A DNA stretch of 24,358 nt from a virus (lineage: Duplodnaviria; Caudoviricetes), in IMG/VR virus record IMGVR_UViG_3300021963_000633, positions 1-24,358 of that record. One strand, given 5' to 3'. A program made the translations under genes and the position numbers. This document shows positions 9,079-18,049 of the stretch, piece after piece; the stretch's first letter is position 1; each line of letters begins with the position of its first letter. The notes below the pieces were generated by a model that saw only the letters and a program-made list of their open reading frames with translations, did no database searches and had not been told where the DNA came from.

Positions 9079-12000
9079 ATGGCTGAAGTAAAAAATAGTT
9101 TCTTACAATCTAAAATGAATAAAGATCTAGATGATAGACTTATTCCAAACGGACAGTACAGAGACGCTTTAAATATATCTGTTGGTAAAGCAGAAGATAA
9201 AGATATTGGTGCTTTAGAAGGTGCTCTTGGTAATGAGTTTATGGTTGATACCAATAATCCAAACCTAGTGTGTATTGGTAAAGTGGCTGATAATCAGAAC
9301 AATAGAGTATTTCAATGGTGGACAGATTATACTGCGCCTCAAAACGACTTATATGCTTTACCAGATATAAACACTACTGTTGACATGAGAATAACTATGT
9401 ATGTTCCAAATGGTTCATCTGGTACATTAACAACTCTTGTTTCTGGTAGTTTTTTAAATCTAGCAACAAATTATCCTTTTAGAGTAATAGGAGCAAATGT
9501 ATTAGAGAATTTATTATTTTGGACTGATAATAGAAATCAACCTAGAAAAATAAATATAGAGACTGCTATAAATAATAATAATTATTATACAGAAGAAGTT
9601 CAAATATCTGTTGCTAAATATTCTCCAGTAACACCAATGAGTGTTTACTCTGTTGTTCCAGTAACTACTACATCAGTAGGAGTAATACCAACTAGTCCAA
9701 CTGGAAATCCACAATCAATATCGTTTAATGTTTCTAGTTTAGATGCTGCTAAATTAAGTTTAGGAATGCAACTATTGTATCCTTCTGTAGTGCCTACTAA
9801 CAACTTAGACGTAATAGACTATGCTGTTATAACAAAGATATCTGGAACAAATATAACGGTATCAATACCACAAAGATCACCGGCTGTTAGTTTACCTTCT
9901 GGAAGTGCGTTAACTTTCTACGGAACAACAATGTCTAATCAAGCAGATAACCCTAATTGGTCAGGAGATCCAAATTACCTTAAAGATAAATTTGTAAGAT
10001 TTAGTTATAGATATAAATTTGATGATGGTGAATATTCATTAATGGCACCGTTTACTCAGATTATGTTTATACCTAATCAGAATGGTTATTTCTTGAATGG
10101 AGACGAACAAGACGCGTATAGAAGTACCGTTGTTACTTGGTTCGAAAACTATATAAACAATATAGTATTACATGTTGAATTACCAGATACTGGAAACAAT
10201 ATTAGTAGTTCTTATAAAATTGCAAGTATAGACATACTTTACAAAGAATCTGATTCAAACGCTGTTCAAGTTGTAGAAACTGTTTCGCTTAATCAAATAG
10301 CAACTGTAGCAGGTAACTCTTCAGATTACTATTATACATATAAATCTCAAAAACCATATAAAACATTACCAGAAGCTCAAACAGTTAGAGTTTATGACAA
10401 AGTTCCAATTAGAGCAAGAGCTCAGGAGATTTCTGGAAATAGAGTTATATATGGTAACTATATAAATCAAAACACACCACCTGCTAGTTTAGATTATAAC
10501 CTAGCAATAATACAAAAACAACCACCTTATAGTTCTTGGGTAGAATATCCAAATCATACTTTAAAACAAAACAGAAATTATCAAGCTGGTTTTATTTTAG
10601 CAGATAAATTCGGAAGACAATCTTCTGTTATTTTATCATCTAACGATTTAACTGTTACTTCTGGTGGAACTACTTTTGTTGGTTCTACTATATACTCTCC
10701 TTATTTCACTGATGCAAATAACCTCGATGTTAAAGATTGGAGAGGTAATACATTAGCTTTAATACTTAACACGCCAATAGTTTCTAGCATTAATCAAGGA
10801 GCAGGAACTCCTGGTTTATATGCTGTTGTAGATGGTATAGATAATAATACAAATGGATTTCAAATAACAGGAACAGGATTAGTAACTGGTAATACTTTTA
10901 CATGTAATCTAGCTGCGTCTCCTGCACAAAGAAATTATCCAGAGGTTGGTAATTATCTAAGAGGAAAATATAAAGACTATGTTAAAGTTTTAACCGTTGC
11001 TACTTTTGGTTCTCCAACTGTTACTGGTTTTGTTTTAACAGCGGATGGCGATATAAGCGAAAATTACAATCTAACAGGAGTAAGTCCTGATATAAAATAT
11101 TCTTATAAGATAAATCCAATGGGTTGGTATTCATATAAGATAGTCGTTAGACAACAACAACAAGAATACTATAATGTTTATTTACCGGGCATGTTAAATG
11201 GTTACCCTATGTACCAAACAACAACGGCTCCTGGTACTTGGCCTACTGCTGCCGCTAATCCAACTATATTCCCTACAGATGAAGTTGACAAGACTGCTCA
11301 CGTGGTATTAATAAACGACAACATAAATAAAATACCTAGAGACTTAACAGAGGTTGGTCCAGATCAAAAACAATACAGAAGTAGTGTTCAACTGTTCGGT
11401 AGAGTAGAAAACGCCTTAGATTCAACGATAACGTTTAATAGACAGTATTATCCGGCAAGAAAACCAGATGTAGCTTCGACTATATCTTCTGCTAATGATT
11501 TAAAGTTTTTACCTACTAACGATCCAAATAACTTATATGGAACTGCTTCTAATAACTTTTATCAATTAAGTACTACTCCTATAATCGCTAGAATTTCTAC
11601 GGTTAATGAGATAGGTGTAATAGGAAGTACAACAACTCCTGGAACTCCAGATACGGACTTCACTATGAATCCTTTTTTAGGCGTTTATGAAACTTCTCCA
11701 TTTATTTCTTCTCTTGAGATATTTTGGGAAACTTCATCTGCTGGTCTTATATCTGATTTAAACGAAGCGGTGTTAAAGGTTTATAACTCTGCTGTTAATT
11801 TTGATTTATTCACTTATACACATAATGAATTTCAAGATCCAAATGGGGTTGGTACAACACCTGGCGCTAGTAATTCTAGATTCATAACTAACAATTTTCA
11901 ACCAGTTAACGCTTCTGGAGCTTTAATGACTACTGTTAACAACATAGTTATGACTGTTAAGGATTTGACTGGAGCTGATAGAACTAGTAATTTTGAATTA

Positions 12001-13227
12001 GTGTACCAAACAGGTTATAAATACGCTATTAGAATAAACAATGCATTTAATTATTTAACAGATGCAGCGACAAAGGAAAGATATATATTTACTTTCAATA
12101 TATTTGATGTTACTAATGGAAATAGTGTTATAACTAAAACCGGAAGTTTAAGTAATTCCACGCCTGTTATTACAGCTCCAACATTACCACTTCCTGTTCC
12201 ACCATTATATAGTGTTATACTATCGAATCCTCCTGTTTTGGGTTCTGTGTATCAATGTACTGGTACGAATGGAGCACCTAGTGTAGTTGGTAATCCTAGT
12301 TTTAATCAACAACAATTAAGATGGAGTATATTAAATACTTCTACTCCTAGTGATTATGCTTCTTATTTTAGTATAAACGAAACTACTGGAACTATTAGTT
12401 TGTTAGATGTAACTATACCGAATAACTTACCTTATACATTGGATATTAGGTTAACAGACACGTATGATTTTGCTACTAATTCAAACGGAGTTGGTTCATT
12501 ATATGCTGATACTCAGTTGAGTATAATAAGAGCAATAGGCGAGAATAATTGTGAGGAATGGGATTGTGTTGTAAGTGATGGTATACATCCTACTTTATTT
12601 ATTAGAAACACAACATCTGGTTATTTTAATTTCTGGAGAGAATTTTTTCCTGGTGAAACTATAGATGTAGCAAATACATCTGTTAGAGTTGTAAGTTATG
12701 ATTCTTTAAGTGAAACCTATAGTGCTCCTTATAGAAGTATAACAGGAGGTGATTCTACTTACTTTTATCAAGGTTGGTTAGATTTTACTAATGCAGAAGA
12801 TTTTGAAGCCAGTTTTAACGTTCAAAATAGTCAAGGTATAGAAGATGATCAATCACCAACTGTTAGCCTGCATGTAGTTGGTACTATAAGAGTTTTACCT
12901 TCTGGAAGATATATAAACGTTGATTTTATAAGTCAAAACACTGCTTACGATTCAATGACTAGAACATCAAGTGCTAGCACGTGTAACGTAGGATCACCTA
13001 AATACTTGTCTCCTTTATTAACAGGTTGGCAATTAACTAATTCTGGTTCAACACCAATAACTTGGAACGCTTTAGTAAATTCTGGAACTGGTTATTCCGT
13101 AATAGGAGGTAATTTAAATCCAGGAGCCACAGTAGCTAGTACTGGACTTGGAGGTACATATCCATGTATACACGTTGACTCTTTAACTTACGCAGACGGA
13201 GGAGTAGCAACCTTTGCTACGTGTTAA
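9079..13227 (+). CDS. Tail stabilization / muzzle protein, N-terminal part (P22 gp10-like beta-propeller) with Ig/cadherin-like C-terminal additions
   Basis: 1382 aa; starts SKMNKDLDDRLIPNGQYRDALNI; LLFWTDNRNQPRKINI, FSYRYKFDDGEYS and GNRVIYGNY; T/S/N/G-rich. Confidence 0.8.
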   Translation: MAEVKNSFLQSKMNKDLDDRLIPNGQYRDALNISVGKAEDKDIGALEGALGNEFMVDTNNPNLVCIGKVADNQNNRVFQWWTDYTAPQNDLYALPDINTTVDMRITMYVPNGSSGTLTTLVSGSFLNLATNYPFRVIGANVLENLLFWTDNRNQPRKINIETAINNNNYYTEEVQISVAKYSPVTPMSVYSVVPVTTTSVGVIPTSPTGNPQSISFNVSSLDAAKLSLGMQLLYPSVVPTNNLDVIDYAVITKISGTNITVSIPQRSPAVSLPSGSALTFYGTTMSNQADNPNWSGDPNYLKDKFVRFSYRYKFDDGEYSLMAPFTQIMFIPNQNGYFLNGDEQDAYRSTVVTWFENYINNIVLHVELPDTGNNISSSYKIASIDILYKESDSNAVQVVETVSLNQIATVAGNSSDYYYTYKSQKPYKTLPEAQTVRVYDKVPIRARAQEISGNRVIYGNYINQNTPPASLDYNLAIIQKQPPYSSWVEYPNHTLKQNRNYQAGFILADKFGRQSSVILSSNDLTVTSGGTTFVGSTIYSPYFTDANNLDVKDWRGNTLALILNTPIVSSINQGAGTPGLYAVVDGIDNNTNGFQITGTGLVTGNTFTCNLAASPAQRNYPEVGNYLRGKYKDYVKVLTVATFGSPTVTGFVLTADGDISENYNLTGVSPDIKYSYKINPMGWYSYKIVVRQQQQEYYNVYLPGMLNGYPMYQTTTAPGTWPTAAANPTIFPTDEVDKTAHVVLINDNINKIPRDLTEVGPDQKQYRSSVQLFGRVENALDSTITFNRQYYPARKPDVASTISSANDLKFLPTNDPNNLYGTASNNFYQLSTTPIIARISTVNEIGVIGSTTTPGTPDTDFTMNPFLGVYETSPFISSLEIFWETSSAGLISDLNEAVLKVYNSAVNFDLFTYTHNEFQDPNGVGTTPGASNSRFITNNFQPVNASGALMTTVNNIVMTVKDLTGADRTSNFELVYQTGYKYAIRINNAFNYLTDAATKERYIFTFNIFDVTNGNSVITKTGSLSNSTPVITAPTLPLPVPPLYSVILSNPPVLGSVYQCTGTNGAPSVVGNPSFNQQQLRWSILNTSTPSDYASYFSINETTGTISLLDVTIPNNLPYTLDIRLTDTYDFATNSNGVGSLYADTQLSIIRAIGENNCEEWDCVVSDGIHPTLFIRNTTSGYFNFWREFFPGETIDVANTSVRVVSYDSLSETYSAPYRSITGGDSTYFYQGWLDFTNAEDFEASFNVQNSQGIEDDQSPTVSLHVVGTIRVLPSGRYINVDFISQNTAYDSMTRTSSASTCNVGSPKYLSPLLTGWQLTNSGSTPITWNALVNSGTGYSVIGGNLNPGATVASTGLGGTYPCIHVDSLTYADGGVATFATC

Positions 13228-13260
13228 GTAATAATATAAAAAAACAAGTGATAAATAAAT

Positions 13261-14871
13261 ATGGCAGCAACTATAGAAATAAAATATTATAATTCATTTT
13301 GGTTAAAGAAAATGGATAGTATAACCAAAGTAGCTCCAACTGTAGTTGCTGGAATACTTACGGTTGGAACTGGTTCTATAGGAGACAACTACTTAAAAGT
13401 TGCTTTGGCTTCTGCTCCAGATTCTACAGTATACGGTCCAGGTCAAAGAATAAGTTGGACTATAGCAGGAAACAATTATGAAAACATAGTTACATACGTT
13501 ACTTCAGACGCTACTTATACTTACTTTACGTTATACAACAATTTAACAGTTGGAGTACCTTCTGGAACTACTATAAACTTAGGTAAAATAATTGATTACG
13601 ATTTCTTACCTAGTCAATATATTAGTGCTACTGGTGGATCGTCACAAGATTGGTATATAGAAGAAGCTAGAATAAGAGGCGGTTATAATAATACAACTGT
13701 TGATTTTGGAGTTAAAGCTTACACTGTAGAAGAAAACAATCAGAGAGAAGATCTAACTAATAGATTAATATATTCTGGCGTGTTTAATTCTAGAACAGGT
13801 ATAAACAATACTAATCAATTCTCTGTAGCAGAAGATATAACTAGAACATTAGATCCAGCGAATGGTTCAATACAAAAACTATACGCTGAGGACACTAACT
13901 TAACTGTTTTCCAAGAGTTGAAAGTTAGTAGGGCTTTAATAGATAAAAGCGCTGTGTATGCGGCTGATGGTATGCCTTTAACAACTTCTGGAATAGACGT
14001 AATAGGTCAAGTTCAAAGTTACGCAGGTAATTACGGTATAGGTAAGCATCCAGAGAGTTTCGCCGTATATGGATATAGAAAATACTTTGTAGACACATAT
14101 CAGAATGTTGTTTTAAGATTATCTCAAGACGGTATAACTGAAATATCTGATTATGGTATGTTTGATTACTTCAGAGATAAACTATCAGATAGTAACCTAC
14201 AAAATGGTTATATATACGGTATTTGGGATATACACAACAAACAATATGTAGTGTCTATACAACCTACAAAAACTGTTTCAAATGTTTTAGTAATAGATGA
14301 AGCAAATAGTGTTACAGCAAGTTTTGATGAGGATAGTTCAGGATGGACTAGTTTTCATAGTTACATACCAAATGATGGTGTGAGTTTAAGAAATTACTTA
14401 TACACATTTAAAAATGGTTCTATATGGAAACATTATTCAGAATTAGTTAATAAAGCTAATTTCTATGGAATTCAATATCCATCAACAGTTTCTATTGTTT
14501 TCAATCCTCAAGTGTCACAATCTAAGTCGTTCTTGACTATTAATTATGAAGGAACATATAATTGGAGATTATCTAACTTCTCTACTGAAACAGACATATC
14601 GGTTCCAGTTAGTCAATACTTTTCAGCATCGACATTAGTGGGATTGGAAGACCAACTTTTTGAAAATAGATTTAAAAAGAAAGAAAATAAATATTTTGCA
14701 AATATATTAAATACTTCTTTACCTGGTGAAAATGAAATAATATGGGGTCAACCTTATATAACTGGAGTTAAAGGGTTTTACGCTAACGCAACATTACAAT
14801 GTGATCATAACAATAATGACAAATCAGAGTTATTTGCTGTATCTGCAGAATACATAGAATCATCATATTAA
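13261..14871 (+). CDS. Tail stabilization / muzzle protein, C-terminal part
   Basis: 536 aa; IEEARIRGGYN, LIYSGVFNSRTGINNTNQFS, YAGNYGIGKHPESFA, LRLSQDGITEIS, GWTSFHSY and FKKKENKYFANI. Confidence 0.75.
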   Translation: MAATIEIKYYNSFWLKKMDSITKVAPTVVAGILTVGTGSIGDNYLKVALASAPDSTVYGPGQRISWTIAGNNYENIVTYVTSDATYTYFTLYNNLTVGVPSGTTINLGKIIDYDFLPSQYISATGGSSQDWYIEEARIRGGYNNTTVDFGVKAYTVEENNQREDLTNRLIYSGVFNSRTGINNTNQFSVAEDITRTLDPANGSIQKLYAEDTNLTVFQELKVSRALIDKSAVYAADGMPLTTSGIDVIGQVQSYAGNYGIGKHPESFAVYGYRKYFVDTYQNVVLRLSQDGITEISDYGMFDYFRDKLSDSNLQNGYIYGIWDIHNKQYVVSIQPTKTVSNVLVIDEANSVTASFDEDSSGWTSFHSYIPNDGVSLRNYLYTFKNGSIWKHYSELVNKANFYGIQYPSTVSIVFNPQVSQSKSFLTINYEGTYNWRLSNFSTETDISVPVSQYFSASTLVGLEDQLFENRFKKKENKYFANILNTSLPGENEIIWGQPYITGVKGFYANATLQCDHNNNDKSELFAVSAEYIESSY

Positions 14872-14886
14872 ATAAAATTAAATTAA

Positions 14887-15297
14887 ATGGAATTAAAAAT
14901 AAGAAATTTACAGGAATCAGATTGGGATACATTAGTTAGTTGGTGGATGTCTAGAGAAGAATGGCAAATACACCCAGCTAAAGAGATGTTACCAATGAAT
15001 GGAATCGGCGGACTAATGGTTGAATGTGAAGATCAACCAGTAGTAGCTGGTTTCTTATATTTGACTAATTCTAAGATAGCTTGGATGGAATGGATAATAT
15101 CTGATAAAAACTATAAAAAAAGAAATAAAAAAGAAGCTATAGAATTATTAATAAATTCATTAGAACAAGTAGCTAAAAGTACAGGTGCTGAAATGATATT
15201 TAGTGTAAGTCAAAATAAGAGTTTGTTAAAAACACATGAAAACTTAGGTTATACCATAGATAAAACACCTTCACATGAAATTTCAAAAAAAATATAA
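14887..15297 (+). CDS. GNAT-fold acetyltransferase-like protein (position equivalent to T7 gp13 / P22 gp14)
   Basis: 136 aa; IRNLQESDWDTL helix, VVAGFLY strand, WIISDKNYK, LLINSLEQVAKSTGA and LLKTHENLGY follow GNAT topology. Confidence 0.7.
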   Translation: MELKIRNLQESDWDTLVSWWMSREEWQIHPAKEMLPMNGIGGLMVECEDQPVVAGFLYLTNSKIAWMEWIISDKNYKKRNKKEAIELLINSLEQVAKSTGAEMIFSVSQNKSLLKTHENLGYTIDKTPSHEISKKI

Positions 15298-15300
15298 ATT

Positions 15301-16239
15301 ATGGCAGTAGTAACAACTATAGCGGCAGTAGGCGTAGGATTATCCGTAGCTGGATCAGCAATAGCCGCTAATCAAGCAAAGCAAGCAGCAAATGGATTTG
15401 CTAACGAAGCTGAATGGAAAGAGTGGCAAATAGCTGATTTAGAAGCTAATAGACAGGCAATTCCAAATCCTTATGCAAACATGAGAGATCTTAGTACTTT
15501 AGCTAAAGATTTATCTGGAGATATGAGCAACCCTTATGCTAGTTTAGGTGTGTCTACACAAGCTGCTAAAATGCAAATTGAAGAATCAGATAAAGCATTG
15601 GCAAACACTTTAGATACATTAAGAGCTACTGGAGCAAGCGCTGGTGGAGCAACTGCTTTAGCACAAGCCGCTTTAGACAGTAAAAAAGGTGTTGCTGCTA
15701 GTATTGAAAAACAAGAAGCTGATAATGAAAAATTAAAAGCACAAGGTCAAGCAGAACTTCAAGCTGCTAAATTAGAAGAAAAGAGAAGAATACAAAATGC
15801 TCAATACCAAGAGGGAGTAAGATTACAAACAGCAGAAGCTGAAGGTATTAAGTTTAAATATGGAGAACAAGAATCTAGAGATATTGCTAAATTAAATAGA
15901 TTATCTGGTCAACAAGCTCAATTTAAAGCTAATCAAGCATCTGCTCAAAACGCACAGAGTAACGCTATTGGTGCGGGTATTGGAGCAGTTGGTAATATAG
16001 TTGGTGGAGCAATAGGTGCTTTCTCTGATAGAAGATTAAAGAAAAATATAAGTAAAATAGGAGTATCAGCAAAAGGTATAAATATTTATTCTTTTGAATA
16101 CATAGACGAAAGATTTGGCAAAGGACTTTGGCAAGGAGTTATGTCAGATGAGATTCCAGACGAAGCAGTTATAAGACATGAAGATGGTTTTGATTTAGTA
16201 GACTATTCTTTAATTGATGTTGAATTTAAACAACTATAA
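15301..16239 (+). CDS. Putative ejection/internal virion protein with C-terminal peptidase S74 intramolecular chaperone domain
   Basis: Hydrophobic Ala/Gly N-terminus, Q/A coiled coil, glycine zipper AIGAGIGAVGNIVGGAIGAF, then SDRRLKKNI...IYSFEY...GVMSDE...VDYSLI. Confidence 0.75.
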   Translation: MAVVTTIAAVGVGLSVAGSAIAANQAKQAANGFANEAEWKEWQIADLEANRQAIPNPYANMRDLSTLAKDLSGDMSNPYASLGVSTQAAKMQIEESDKALANTLDTLRATGASAGGATALAQAALDSKKGVAASIEKQEADNEKLKAQGQAELQAAKLEEKRRIQNAQYQEGVRLQTAEAEGIKFKYGEQESRDIAKLNRLSGQQAQFKANQASAQNAQSNAIGAGIGAVGNIVGGAIGAFSDRRLKKNISKIGVSAKGINIYSFEYIDERFGKGLWQGVMSDEIPDEAVIRHEDGFDLVDYSLIDVEFKQL

Positions 16240-16242
16240 GAT

Positions 16243-18039
16243 ATGGGATATTATGAAAATCCTCCTATAATAAGAAACAACGGAGGGAACGATGCTGCTT
16301 CTTATATAATGCAAGCTGGTAACAGTATTTCTCAAGCACTTATTGGTATTGGAGAAAGAAGAAGAGCAGAAGAAAAAAAACAGAGATTAAGTCTAGAAAA
16401 ACTTCAACAAAGAAAGAACAAACTAGACATGTATTATAACGGTAGATTATCTGATTGGAAATCTAAGCAATCGGAAATTAATGGAGAAGCTGATAAACAG
16501 ATACAAGAAATAATACAACAAGATATATTCACAGCAGCTGATAATAGTTTACTTTTGGAAAACGAAAGTGATCCTAAAAAAAGATCTGAATATTTGAAAT
16601 CAGTAAGAAATGCAAATTTATTACTAGAAAATTCAGGTGTATTTGCTAAAAATCTAACTGGTCAAGTTGCTACTTATAGATTAAAAACACCAGCTAATAA
16701 ACTAGGTGAACCTGGTGGTTATGTTGTTAACGGATCAAATTCTAAAGAAATACTAGATAACACGTCTGTGTTAGAAGTTCTTGGAGGCAATTCAGCAAAT
16801 GTAAAAGACTCTAAAATATCTGTTAAAAAGAATAGTAACGGAGATGGTTTATTACTTATTGTTTCTGGATATCATAAAGAAGATGGTGAGTATTTTGAAA
16901 AAGAAATAGACTCTAATGAGTTTAATAAGTCAGATGAAGAATCTAACAATGGTTTGTTAATACCTGTAGAAACTAACAACTCTTTTATAGAGAATGCTAA
17001 AAAAACTTACTTTGATGAAAAAGGGAATAATATATTACCTGGTTTTTTAAGCGAAACAAGAGAAACATTTGATTTGGACAGTAAAGGTAGTTCTGATGGT
17101 AAAACTCAAGATGTATATCAAATACGAAATGGTCAAAGAATTCAAATAGAAGCGATAAGAAAAGGAGTACAAGATCAAGCTGAAACATCGGCGAATGGTC
17201 TACTTGCTACATATGCTACTAAACCAGCTAAAATGAGAGCTTTTATAGATTACACTTTGAAAAAAGGAGTTGGAGTTTATGATAAGGAATTTGCTGGAAA
17301 AGATCCTAAAGAACAATTAGATATTCTAAAGAACTGGATGACTGACGATGCTATGAATTCTATGACTAAAAACCTAGAAAAAACAACAACTAAAGACGGT
17401 GTTATATACTGGAATCCTAGTCAAGATATTAGTAAAAAAGAAAAATCTAGCGAACCTAGTTCTGGAGGAGGTAAAGATCAAGACAAAGAAACATATACTC
17501 CTTATCAGTCTGAATATTACGATAAAATAATGGCAGGTTCTGGAGCAAGTAGAAACAGAGCATATAAACCAGGTCAAGTAGATTTTAGAGATAGAAGGAA
17601 CTTAGTTGATAATGTTAATAATTTAGCTGGAGAAACAGATAAATATATAACTAAAGAAGATTTATTTGAAATGTATAAAAAATCACCTTATAAATCTGGA
17701 AGTTTTGACACTGGTTTAACTATTCAAGAAGCTTATGATAAAGGTAAAATAAAAACAAATCCTTCTACTTTATTTAAACAATCATTTGGAGATGGTAAAG
17801 TATATATGAAAAAAGGAGAAGGTGCTTATAAACCAGTAAAAGGATATAACTTTAAGAAAGCTGAAGACAGAGTTAAATTTGCTTTAGATCAAACAGCTGG
17901 AGAAGGTGAAAAGAAACAACTAGGAGGAAAAGTTCAAGAAGCTAGAATGCAAGATTTAAGAACTTGGACAGAAGCAAATCCTAGAAAACCTGGAGAATCA
18001 TTAGAAGCATATAAAATAAGATACGAGAGATCAAATTAA
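16243..18039 (+). CDS. Putative ejection/cargo protein, hydrophilic
   Basis: 598 aa, K/E/N/D-rich, starts MGYYENP, lies between the small ejection-like protein and the giant cargo gene. Function is inferred from position only. Confidence 0.55.
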   Translation: MGYYENPPIIRNNGGNDAASYIMQAGNSISQALIGIGERRRAEEKKQRLSLEKLQQRKNKLDMYYNGRLSDWKSKQSEINGEADKQIQEIIQQDIFTAADNSLLLENESDPKKRSEYLKSVRNANLLLENSGVFAKNLTGQVATYRLKTPANKLGEPGGYVVNGSNSKEILDNTSVLEVLGGNSANVKDSKISVKKNSNGDGLLLIVSGYHKEDGEYFEKEIDSNEFNKSDEESNNGLLIPVETNNSFIENAKKTYFDEKGNNILPGFLSETRETFDLDSKGSSDGKTQDVYQIRNGQRIQIEAIRKGVQDQAETSANGLLATYATKPAKMRAFIDYTLKKGVGVYDKEFAGKDPKEQLDILKNWMTDDAMNSMTKNLEKTTTKDGVIYWNPSQDISKKEKSSEPSSGGGKDQDKETYTPYQSEYYDKIMAGSGASRNRAYKPGQVDFRDRRNLVDNVNNLAGETDKYITKEDLFEMYKKSPYKSGSFDTGLTIQEAYDKGKIKTNPSTLFKQSFGDGKVYMKKGEGAYKPVKGYNFKKAEDRVKFALDQTAGEGEKKQLGGKVQEARMQDLRTWTEANPRKPGESLEAYKIRYERSN

Positions 18040-18049
18040 ATAATAAATT

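Noticed and set aside
9063-9254. Minus-strand 63-aa ORF
   Set aside because: Antisense to the conserved muzzle N-terminus, with no independent support.
16997-17577. Two short minus-strand ORFs (63 and 67 aa)
   Set aside because: Antisense shadows within the 598-aa gene.
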